From Azolla caroliniana (Eukaryota; Plantae; Polypodiophyta): 64,000 bases of DNA. Location of the stretch: NCBI GenBank assembly GCA_043228905.1, contig JBHGNT010000002.1, positions 19,592,001-19,656,000 on the forward strand, read 5' to 3'. The notes below the pieces were generated by a model that was not told the origin of the DNA, searched no databases, and saw only the letters and a list, made by a program, of their open reading frames with translations. Of the stretch, positions 23,341-35,539 are shown piece by piece. The number at the start of each line of letters is the position of its first letter. The stretch's first letter is position 1. The position numbers and the translations under genes are program-made.

Positions 23341-25741
23341 AAACCGAACTAAAGAGTAATGTGCCCATTGATGTTAAGAGAGTCATTACATTGCAAATCA
23401 TAAGCACTACCATTATGTTTTATATATTAAACTAATATGAACACTTTGTGGCACTGATTAAACTAATAACCTCAATGTTTCCAGCTCACTTACCACCCTC
23501 CCTTTGTTGTCGACTCCAAGAGTTGTCTTGTACTAGCCATCACTGCATGGCATTGTTTTAGCTGTAGGTACTTACACTAAGTAGTCAGTTCGAAAGGTGA
23601 TGTAACTAGTCTCAATTTCTTGAACTTGATCGGAGGGAGATTCCCCGATCTATGTTTAAGACTCCTTGTACAGTCTCTTTGTAATAATCCTACCTAACTA
23701 ATGGGAAAGTAGCTTCATTTTGGAAAAAAAAAAACTAATAACCTCAAAGTGAGATGAAAAGTCAGAAAGAATATGTATAGCATGTAAAATTACGAGAATT
23801 AAATAATAGTGCATAAAAATGCAAACCGATGATCATGAGATAATGTGCACAAAAAGGAATCATCAAAGGAAAACCTAAATAATTGATATGGATCTCAAGT
23901 AGGCTGCCCAAAATTCTACTCTACTCATTAGAGATGGTTCATAAATCAATACGGCTAATAAATTGATAATGAAATTATATCGCCACTACTATAGATATGT
24001 ACACGAAATTTCAAGACCATGATCACACGAGGAGCAATGAAATCACACATCAAATTAGAGTCAACTTGTTATTGTGAGAATACTCTAGAAATTTCGAGAG
24101 GAATGGGGGATCTCCATGACATGAGCAAAAAGAAGAGGAGATGTGATATCCCATTGACCAAATGCTATTAGTATCATGCAAACGTTGAATAGTGCAAAAA
24201 AATCCACTCTCTTCAACCTCTCTCAAACATTCATAGCTCTCTAAGCATGGTAACAAAAAAATGCACCAAATATTCAAATGTGAATTTGCCTATGGACATT
24301 TTAAGAAACAATGTGAACAAAGTCCAAGAGATTAAGAGTGAAAATTGTATGCTCAAATCATTTAAATTTCTTGAAACCTCATACATAGATTCATAAATGT
24401 CAACACATTTAATATAAGAGACTTAGTACATCCAATTCACTATGGGCTCAAGAACTTTACACCTAGGCTTGATTTTACAAAAAAAAGCAAAAGGAGTGTC
24501 AATAACCCGTTGTACAAAAAAAGGCTTACTACACTTAGTATTTGCCACAATATAAACTATCCTAAGTATTGTCAAACTAATTAATCGCAAAAAAATTTAT
24601 TTAATTATTCTTACCTACCACAGAATATGCCGAAACTTATTACTTATTGGGTACAATTTGACCTCCAATTACATACATTTCAAGTTAGTAATGGCAACAT
24701 CTATCCCCCATCTCCAATGATAGTGTGATTTAGCTTTGTCATTCACTTGCCTTGGTGTTCATAGGTTGATGCCAATTAGATTGGTGCTTTGATTATACTA
24801 AGTTTTTGTGTTAGAGGTGCCCTTGTTGTGACCATCCATGCATGTGAATTATTTGTAAGAAAACAAAAGGTATGGCAATGATTTGCATGAAGAGATTTGA
24901 TGAGACCAACAAAGTATGTTTGTATGAGCACATGCTTGCTCCTTAAAATGTGTGTTTGCGTAAATGGTATCTTCTTGATCTAAAGGTTATAATCCATGTG
25001 TTTGGGGTCTATCCCTTGAAATGCACTATTAGAAATGAATGGTATAAATAATTTCCCCACTACTGACAATGTACTATTCTTTTAAATATTTTTGGGGATA
25101 GGGCTCTACAGGGATGGATCTCAAAATATAAAACAAAGGTAAAAGTTAACAAGTTGTGTAGAAGGCTTAAAAAGAAGTAACTTTGTAAAATTCCAATGAT
25201 AGAGATGAACTGTATTATAAAAGGAGACATTGGGCCACAAGTGACAAAGTGATACAAAACATTCTCTCCTCCATCTCTATCTCCATCAATGGGACTTTGG
25301 AACATTTGGATAACAATGTTATTAACATCAATGTTGCTTGTAAATATGGCTGATGCAAATGATTGTAAGTTGATGGTAACATTTTTACTATGTGGATGTA
25401 GAGGTAATAGGAAATTTTAGTGACTGATTTTTTATCTTGTCATGATAACACAGACGATAGGAAGTTAATGATTACAATATTGAAGAAGGAAGGGACAAAT
25501 GTTGATAGATTCGATTATATGCCTTCAGAACCTAATAATAGTCATGACCCTAACATCTTCACATTTAAGCACAAAATGCATCCTTCATCACCTTCGTCTT
25601 CATCTTCATCTTCTGATACTACCACTACTACTACTACTGTTGCTGCCTTTGTTGCATCTAAGTCTAACTCTAGTGTGAGTGAGCCTTAGGTCTGTCTTTC
25701 TCTCACTCACACACACACACACACACACTCTCCCTCTCTCC

Positions 25742-25777
<36 letters not shown>

Positions 25778-27988
25778 CATATAAATATGTATGGATAATA
25801 TATATTTACATACATATCATTTCCATGTAACTCCCATAAATTTGTATTTAGCTTTCAAGAACTCCTAACTGAACCATCCTTGACTACATTGGGCAAGCTA
25901 TTTGTTTGTCAACTTGAGCTCAAAATAGCTTGTTGGACATCAAAATGGTGACATTCGACTGGTAGCTTTATTTTCATTTGAACCTCCACGTTGTTCATCT
26001 ACTTGAACATAAAAGAGTTCATTGGAGATCAAAATGGTGAAATTTGATGAGTAGCTTATTTTTTCTTCGTTGTGTTCTACCATTGTAAAATCTGACGTAC
26101 ATTGTTGGTGAAAGTACTTTGTCAAAATTGGTGATCTTATGGTTTAGGTTTACTCACCCATGGACATCTATAGATAACCACCACACACACACACACACAC
26201 TCTCAACATAATCATTTCTCTCTCTACATGTGTATATACCATTACACTTATATATGTATGTATATATGTACCATTACTCTTGCTTCATGATTCCTCAATA
26301 TATTTTTAGGTGAACGTTCGTCGATTGGAAACCTTCCCAATTGATTCACTAAATATTTCTAGATTTCTTTGGAAGTCATGATCTACACTCTTGATGATAA
26401 GATTTATTAGGTAAAATTCTTGACATTGAGAATCACTAACCAACGAACTCTACGTATACTAAATGAAAATGTCTCATTTTGACGTGGAAGTCCTATTTGA
26501 CCTTTGAGGACACACAAACAAGTATATATTTTGCTCAGAACTAACCTAACATGATTAAAACCTCAAACCATTAAAATAATCAACCTCTCTAATTTTAAGA
26601 TAATTTAGGAAACATATTGTCAATTGTGCTATCCAAAAGGCATGATAAACAACTGAACTAGCAATGAGCATAATACCTTGGCACTTGACAATCTTGCATA
26701 AGTTATGGCATTCATAAGATCATCATTAGTAGCGAGGATTACACGGTCACCTTCATCATCTTCATACCGCATGCCAAGATGAATGTGACACAATAAATCA
26801 CTGGATACCAATTAGCAACCTCCAGTTTGGAACAAAAACAATTACGATTATATGTGGTGATTTACTGACATCAAAATCATCACCAAGTTTGTGTTATTGT
26901 AGAAATTAGTTTTGTCAAGCTGTCAATTTTGAAACATTCAACATTCGTGTCACTTATTCCAAGTCAAGGGCTCTGAAACCATAACCCATTTAGAATGTAA
27001 ACTTTAAAATGAAATACCACAATTGAAATGATGGACGCTGCCTTTGGAATCCTCTAGTTTAAAAGCGAAGGATGCTCCCAAACCTAACGTTGGATATTTC
27101 AAGTGATTAGGTATGATACAAAATATCATTGTTTGGAGATGACCATTTAAAAATAAGTCAATAATATGAATGGCATTCATCAACTGTTTAAACTTGAGAA
27201 AAACTCAAACCTATGACTGTCATCCTCATCTTCCAGAGGTTCCGATGAAATGGCTGAATCCCAAAACGTCCGTATCATTATTCTTGTCAGATCAATATTC
27301 CCCTCAATATTGACAACCTATATCATCAGAAATGCACAAGAAGTTCTCATACTGAGAATACATATAATGTATTCTTAAGAGAGGGTAGATGTAAAATGAA
27401 GTTTAAAACATAACAAAGCTTCTATACCATAGGAATGGCCGCATGGGTTAATTGCAAAATGTCCAGACGAGCCACAATGCAACCCTCAGCCACAATCCAG
27501 AAGAGAAACTCAAAAACACACAAGAAACACAAGAATGTTTTGGTTTCTTTAGCTCGATCATAACTCGTAAATCATTTGGCCTCTTTACCTCGATGTATGA
27601 AAGGTAAATGAAGGAATTTCCCATAATGCATGACATGCAAAGCATCTACAATGCTCGTAACAATAGTGGTACACTCTGAATTTGGAGTCATAACTTGGAA
27701 CAAGAGCATTGTCAAAACTCTTCATGCATGATTGGAGACAAAGATTTTAGAGGAAAATACCAATAAAAGCATACCTTCTCAACAAGTGTGGACTTTGGTG
27801 AAAGGTTCTGCACAATCACTCGCATTAAAACATCTTTTGACTTGAGATCATACCCTATTATTCAAAATTGAATGCAGATATGTCAACAAATTCAAGCCAC
27901 AAATTATGCAAACACTTTTTGGATTGAGCCTTGTGAAAATAAAAAGTAGAAATTTATGTGAGGATTCCTTGAGGCTTATTACTGTTAC

Positions 27989-30900
27989 TGTTAGGCTTAA
28001 TCTCGGATCAAATAGTACATTAGATTAAATAGATGACAATAATATGATATTATAGGCGTGGAGAAATAAATGACACGAGTATTTATGTGGTTCGGCCAAT
28101 TTAGCCTACGTCCACGGACAGGAGAGTGATTCCGTTATAAGAAAATATAACAGAGAGTTTACAACAATTAGAGAAAATATTCTCTAATTAAACCCAACAC
28201 CCAAGAGAATAACCTCACAATTCTCTCACAAGAATTTTCTCTCAAATATCACAAGCCTACAACTCTTGGTAGTCTTTAATTTTCGGATGCCTCATCAAAT
28301 GACTAAGGCTGCCTTTATTTATAGCCCTCACTTCACTGACTTTTGCATAGTAATGATGCACGTGGCCTTCATATATTCACCAAGAGTGATGACTTTGCAA
28401 TTTAATTAACAAAGCATATAGCTTACTCATGAAGTCTTTCAATTAGTCATCATGCTTTGTGTAGATCATGCAAATGAGAGACGTGGCTTTCCATAAACCA
28501 CAACAATTAATTCAAGTCATTTTAACAAATCTCCACCTTGACTTGAATTTCATAGTAATCTCGCTCCACCTTCTCCAGATAACTCAATTATCGGCAACAC
28601 CAATCAAATTTAAGCAATGCTTGAACTTGATTCTTGGAAGAGGCTTCGTCAACATATCTGCAGGATTCTCATGAGTTGAAATCTTTTTCATTGAGATATC
28701 ACCCCGCGAAATAATATCACGAACAAAGTGATACTTGATATCGATGTGCTTAATTCTTTCATGGAACATCTGATCTTTAGTCAAATGAATGGCCCTTTGA
28801 CTATCACATGAAATGTCAATCTTGTCCGAACAAGAAATGCCCTCAAGCAAGCCTCTTAACCAGATCCCTTCTTTAATCACCTCTGTCACTGCAATGTACT
28901 CTGCCTCTGTCGTTGATAACGCAACCACGGGCTGCAACGAAGCTTTCCAGGTAACTACACTTCCACCTAGACTAAATACATACCCTGTCAGTGATCTTCT
29001 TTTATCAAGATCACCAGCATAGTCACAGTCAACATAGCCAACTAGAGAACTGCTACTCCTGCCAAACTCCAGACAAGCGTCTGAAGTCCCACGCAAATAT
29101 CTTAAAATCCATTTCACTACATTCCAGTGTGATTTTCCAAGACAAGCCATATATCTGCTGACCATACTCACAGCATGTGAAATATCTGGACGTGTACAAA
29201 CCATAGCATACATCATGCTACCAACGGCACTAGAGTAGGGAACTCTTGCCATGTATCTCTTTTCATTATCTGACTTTGGTGATAAAGAAGCTGATAACTT
29301 AAAATACGTTGCAAACGGAGTCGATACTGGTTTAGCATTTTTCATACCAAACCTTTCCAACACTTTCTCAATATAACTCTTCTGAGTTAAATACAACTTT
29401 CCACCTTTATGATCTCTTTCGATTTCCATGCCAAGGATCCTTTTTGCTGCACCAAGATCCTTCATCTCGAACACTCTGTTCAACTGCTTCGTTAATTCTT
29501 CAATTTTCGACATATTTTTAGCTGCAATCAACATGTCATCAACATAAAGAAGCAAATAGATAAATGAACTATCATGACTCTTCTTGAAATAAACACAACT
29601 GTCATAACTGCTTCTTGAGTATCCGCTACCAACCATAAAGGAATCAAATCACTTGTACCACTGTCTCGAAGACTGTTTTAAACCGTACAATGATTTCTTC
29701 AACTGGCAAACATGATCTTCTTTTCCTTCAACAACAAACCCTTCTGGTTGTTGCATGTAAATATCTTCTTCAAGTTCACCATGCAGAAATGTGGTTATTA
29801 CATCAAGTTGTTCTAACTGTAAATCATGCATAGCAACTAATGCAAGCAAGACACGAATAGAGCTATGTTTCACCACCGGTGAGAAAATATCATTAAAATC
29901 AACACCTAGTACCTGACTGTAGCCTTTAGCTACTAACCGTGCCTTGTACCTTGCTTTCTCCACTCCAGGAATTCCTACCTTTATTTTGAAGATCCATTTA
30001 TAGCCAACAATCCTTTGTCTAGCTGGTGGCTTCACAAGTACCCAAGTTTTGTTTTTATAAAGAGACTCAATTGCTTCTTGCATAGAAATCAACCACTTGG
30101 TGGAATCAACAGAAGAAACGGCTTCAGAGTAAGAAGCTGGCTCGCCAATAGAATTTTTTTCTTCTCCAATTGATAAAGCATATGCAACAAAATCAACATA
30201 TCTCTGTGGTGGTCGAATTTCTCTTCTTGGTCTATCTCTTGCAATACTTTGTTCTTCCTCAGGAGGTGCTTCTTCTACAACATCAATCTCCTCTTCTACA
30301 GGTTCAAGAGCACGTGTTTCAGCCATCACTAGTGGACTTGGAACTTCAAGCTCCACCTGCTTCGATGTACATCCTATCTCATATGTATCAGAAGAAACCA
30401 CAAGCGCCTTTCTAGGATTCAGTAGCAGATTCATCAAAAGTAACATCTCTACTAATTGCAAATTTAGGTGACTTCGGATAAGGACACCACAACCTATATC
30501 CTTTCACCCCAAAAGCATAACCAAGAAAAATACATTTTCTAGCTCAAGGCTCCAATTTTCCTTCACTAACATGCATATAAGCAGGACATCCAAATATTCT
30601 CAAATTTGAATAATCAGCAGGTTTACCAGACCATACCGCTTCAAGAGTTTTGAACTCAATCGCCGTTGACGGTGAACAATTGACCAGGAAACATGTCATG
30701 GAAACTGCTTCAACCCAAAAGTCTTTGGACAACCCAGCATTGGAAAGCATACAACGAGCCCTCTCCAAAAGAGTTATGTTCATGCGCTCAATACGCCATT
30801 CTGCTGCAGCGGTGTTTTAACTACTGTGCGATGTCTATAAATTCCTTCAGCCTCGCAAAACCTGTTAAAATATCCTCCGTAGAATTCCAAACCATTATTA

Positions 30901-33133
30901 GTTCGAAATCTTCTAATCTGCTTTCTCGTCTGCTTCTCAATCAGAATTTTCCACTTCTTGAAAGTATCAAACACATGACTTTTGTGTTTAAGAAAATAAA
31001 CCCGGACTTTTCTTGAAAAATCATCAATAAAAGTCAAAAGATATCGAGCTCCTCCTTTTGATAGAACTAGTTATGGTCCCCACAAATCAGAGTGAATATA
31101 ATCCAAAGAACCTCTAGTCATATGGATTCCAGTGCCAAAGCTGAGTCTCTTCTGCTTTCCGAGTACACAGTGCTCACAAAAATCCATCTTTCCCGTACTT
31201 TGTCCACAAAGTAGTCCTCGTTTGCTCACCAAGGTTAAACCTTTCTCACTCATATGCCCGAGCCTCATATGCCATAATTTCATAACATCAGAGTCTGACA
31301 TAGACAATGAAGAAATTGTTGCAGAACCCGTCATTGTCAAGCCATGTAATACGCATAGGCTTCCTACTTTTCTAGCCTTCATCACAACCAACGCACCTTT
31401 GCTAACTTTTAATACTCCAACCTTTAGCTGAGAACTTGCACCTGTTGGTGTTGAGGGTGCCCAATGAGATGAGATTCCTCTTTAGATCAGGAACATGCCT
31501 CACATCAGTCAATGTTCTGACAATCCCATCAGCCATCCAGATCCGTACTGTTCCTATTCCAATAGTTTTGCAAGCAGCATTATTCCCCATCAAAACTACT
31601 CCTCCATCAATAGACTCGTATGATGAAAACTAGTCCTGATTGGGACACATATGATAAGAACAACCAGTATCCATAATCCACTCATCGTTCAGCTTGATTG
31701 GCTTTTCCATCACAAGGAGCATATCAACATCGCCTCCTACTTTAGCAACAATAGCCTTACCTGCATCCTCCTTTCTATCTTGTGGAGTATTCTTTTTCCT
31801 TTGCAACTTATCACAATTCTTGCGAACGTGCCCTGGTTCCTTACAGTGCCAACACGCAACAAATCTACTTCTAGATTTAGATCTAGATTTAGGCTTGTCT
31901 CTACTGTTCCCTTTTTGTTTAGATCTACCCCTTACATATAAACCCTGTGCCTGACTATGATTTGTTTGTCCAGTGATATCATGATCAATCTTTTCTTTAG
32001 TTTCCAAGGAAAATTTGACATCTTTTAGAGAAATAGTATTCTTCCCGTACAACATAGTTTCTCTAAAACGTCTATATGAATGGGGTAACAAACAAAACAA
32101 CAATAATGCCTTATCTTCATCATCAATGGTAACATCGAGATTTTGCAAATCCATGATAATAGATTCAAACTCATCAATATGAGAACTGAGAGATGTTCCT
32201 TCACTCATCCGTAGTGAATACAAGCACTATTTCTTATAAAGCTTGTTCGTCAGAGTCTTTTTCAGATAGAGAGACTCCAATTTTTCCCATAGTGCCTTCG
32301 TTGTCTTCTCAGAGATTACCTCCCACAAAACTTCATTTGCCAAAGACAGTTGAATCGCTAAGCAGGCCTTCTCGTCCATCACCTCCCACCTAGTATTCGT
32401 CATACCGTCGGGCCTTACATCTAAAGCCTTCTGAACTCCGTTCTGCACATGGATCACACGCATCCTTACTTGTCAAAGAGAGAAGTTGATTTTTCGATCG
32501 AACTTCTCGACATCAAATTTTGTCGTCGACATCTTGACTTAACAAGAAAATACCAAAACTAATGTACTAACAACCAACGCTCTGATACTAGTTTGTTAGG
32601 CTTACCCTCGAATCAAATAGTACATTAGATTAAATAGACGACAATAATATGATATTATAGGAGCGGAGAAATAAATGACACGAGTATTTACGTGGTTCGG
32701 CCAATTTAGCCTATGTCCACGGACAGGAGAGTGATTCCACTATAAGAAAATATAACAAGAGAGTTTACAACCATTAGAGAAAATATTCTCTAATTAAACC
32801 CAACACCCAAGGGAATAACCTTACAATTCTCTCACAAGAATTTTCTCTCAAATATCACAAGCCTACAACTCTTGGTAGTCTTCAATTTTCGGATGCCTCA
32901 TCAAATGACTAAGGCTGCCTTTATTTATAGCCCTCACTTCACCGACTTTTGCATAGTAATGATGCACGTGGCCTTCATATATTCACCAAGAGTGATGACT
33001 TTGCAATTTAATTAACAAAGCATATAGCTTACTCATCAAGTCTTTCAATTAGTCATCATGCTTTGTGTAGATCATGCAAATGAGAGACGTGGCTTTCCAT
33101 AAACCGCAACAATTAATTCAAGTCATTTTAACA
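27989..33133 (-). mobile_element. Full-length degenerate Ty1/Copia element, Tork/Tnt1-like
   Basis: LTRs 27989-28527 and 32594-33133 (TGTTA...TAACA). TSD GTTAC at 27984-27988 and 33134-33138. tRNA-iMet PBS TAGTATCAGAGC (1 mismatch) at 32579-32590. PPT AAGGTGGAGATT at 28528-28539. Confidence 0.97.
28584..32532 (-). pseudogene. Copia gag-PR-IN-RT-RNase H polyprotein with stops and frameshifts
   Basis: KFDVEKFD, CWHCKEPGHVRKNC, WIMDTGCSYHM, LWHMRLGH...[29 protein letters not shown] and ENPADMLTK. Confidence 0.95.
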
Positions 33134-33959
33134 GTTACTTGTGATGATTATTGAGCTGACCTGCAATTCTTGCAACAGTTACTACTATTGCTAGTGCTAC
33201 TTAGAGAGGTGGCAAGATTTGCACTCAGAAAAACCTATAGCTTGTAGGAGTCCACCTGAGAAGATAAAAAAGGGAAACGTATTATTATCAGTTTTGTGAC
33301 AATAGATCCACTTGTCAATGATGCTCTGAATAATATTGTTGACACAATCTACGTTTGATATGCTGTGGACATGGATTTAGGGTTTAATCAATCACTTCTT
33401 GATTCTCCCTGATTCATCAATCGAGTAGAGTACGAATTTGAAGTGCCACACGCAACAGGGAGTAGAGTACGAAGCCTCCTCACACAATCGTTGAGTTTAG
33501 AGTCTAACACAGAGGCAATAGGTGAGCATAGAGGAATGAGCAAAAGAGGAAAATGTCGAGAGTCGAGACACAGGCAATAGGTGAGCATTACAAAAGAGGG
33601 AAAGGAGAGAAAAGAGGGTTGAACATATGAAAGGGTTCAATTTTTTATATTTTCCCAAAACTATATAAATAGCCGGTTCTAAAAATATGAACTAGTTAGA
33701 TTCCAGTTTTTGGGAAATTCTAGCCGGAATAAGTTTCGACTCTCCCCCTACCTTCGTTGGCAAAAGTCCCAACCTAACCGGAATGCTAACATTGTTCCTA
33801 GGACTTTGCGCAACACTGTTTAAAGCAACTATCATCACCCCTTTCTTGAGAATCACTACTATAGCTAATACATAATGGTGACTCATCCTCCTCATCTTCA
33901 GAAGTACCAATCAAAGCATTGTCTTCATTCTAAACCCAAATGTTGTAACTCCAAATTAT

Positions 33960-35530
33960 GTATACAAGATCTAGTTCACCTTTGATATGATAAGCCTTGT
34001 AGGCTTGGCAATTTCTTTTTTATTATGTCTATTGTTGACTTCCTTAAATGTCCAACTTCTGTCAGTGTAAAGTCGTACACAATTATATCCACATCACTAA
34101 TGTTAAGGGATGTTGTGTTACGAATATTTCTTTTCCTCTTTTTATTTCCTCTTGACGTTGGGTATTCCATCATCTCCAATGTATACTTGCCTGTAAATGC
34201 ATTCTAGTGTTGTGCCAATGCATCTTTATAGTTGTTGTCATGAAGATTTCCAGCTACGGTGAGAAACTCGAGTGGGACAAATAAAATGGGGATGTGCAAC
34301 ATTGCACATGCACTTGTAAAATTGTATGATGAGAATAAGATAACAAAATGTAAGGGGAAGGGTAATAATCTAAGTGCTAAAGGTGCACCATGAGGTTCGT
34401 AGAGGCATAAAGATGATGTGCACTTTGTAGACTAGAGGAAAGTACATGAAGAATGGGTGTAGGGAGTAGTGGGCATTGAGTGTATGTGAGAGGAGAGAGA
34501 GTTAAAGGCCCACCGATTTAAGATCAAGGAAAAATATTATCCATTGAAAGAAGGAGATTTGACCTCTCTTGTGAGGGGAGTGAGGGGTCTCTTGTGAAGG
34601 GGTTGCCTATTTTGAGTGAGGAGGGGCTTCCACTTTTGGGGTTTTCTTTGGGGAGTCGCCATTTTGTTGTTTCGGGGTAGACCATTAGGGTTTTAATGAT
34701 CCCTATTTCGTTTTAGGGTTTAGGGTTTTAGGATCTCGTTTTTAGGGTTTCATTCTTCTTCTTCTTCTTCTTCTTTACCTATCTGGTTAGGGTTTCTTCT
34801 AGGGTTTTGATTTGGCTTATACAACCATGGTTGTAATCGTAGAGTGGATCCTTAATATAGTTTGTTGTTATATTTTGTCTCTATTTTCTCTACCATGCTA
34901 ACCTCTTATTCTTTCTCCTTTCCTCTTGAGCTCAAAGGTCAAAGGTTAAGCTCGCATGCCCCCTCTACTCCCTAGTCCAAGACCCCCGTGGTCCCGCCTA
35001 AGATCCTACACGTACCCGCGGAATTCCGCGACAACGTTATCTTATTTTGGTTTTCATGCATCACCAAGTCCAATACTTTACCAATTCAAAATTGATGCCC
35101 TAGGTCATTGTCATCTAGAGGTGTAGCAATTAACATCCCAACGTTCATCTCTTGCAAGTTTCCTTTGGCATTTAGATAGCAAATCTATCACCTAATGGTG
35201 CAACATAACATACATTTCTAAGATGGAATGTTTAATCGTGCATCATATCTTCACTTGATATCCATGCACTATTTGTTGTATGAACTCCTTAAATTCACGT
35301 GATTCACATGTGCATGGGGCAATGTTCCCTTCACAATATACTTTGTGATAGCACCATCAAATTTCTTCTTTAAAACACAAGAATCTACTTTATAGCAGAC
35401 TCAATAGAAGATTGAATATGTTGTGATATAACTAAATTTTGGTTTCAATCTCTTGATAAATGATGCTTTTCTGCTAAATGCTTTGCTATAGTACTTGTGG
35501 ATGTTGTATAGACCAACAAACAACACAATG
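33960..35530 (-). pseudogene. C-terminal remnant of the same DDD-type transposase family as 55720-58336, split by a solo LTR
   Basis: AFTGKYTLEMMEYPTSRGNKKRK...SDVDIIVYDFTLT parallels AFTGKYTLEMIECPTTRGGKKRK...SDVDIIAYDFTLT at 55790-55930. Homology resumes after 35037. Confidence 0.75.
34236..35033 (+). mobile_element. Solo LTR of the tRNA-Trp Gypsy family
   Basis: TGTCATGAAGATTT...CCGCGACA. The 5' part matches the E2 LTR and the 3' motif matches the E1 LTR. Imperfect TSD TTGT/ACGT. Confidence 0.85.
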
Positions 35531-35539
35531 ATGACATTG

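Larger units (their letters stand above)
26675..33350 (-). pseudogene. CBSCBSPB: CBS-CBS-PB1 domain protein pseudogene (multi-exon), interrupted by a Copia element
   Basis: Exon remnants in the expected order: LFRASL (about 33330); QELQVSSIIITSN/SNKPQGILT (33134-33170 plus 27960-27988); SKDVLMRVIVQNLSPKSTLVEK (27775-27840); VMTPNSEC...DALHVMHYGKFLHLP (27590-27695); EGCIVARLDILQLTHAAIPM (27428-27487); FWDSAISSEPLEDED (about 27215-27318); PB1 acidic motif YEDDEGDRVILATNDDL (26677-26790). Several splice sites are mutated. Confidence 0.85.

Noticed and set aside
23400-26600. Host genes in the AT-rich interval
   Set aside because: Only short low-complexity ORFs and microsatellites; nothing I could recognise.
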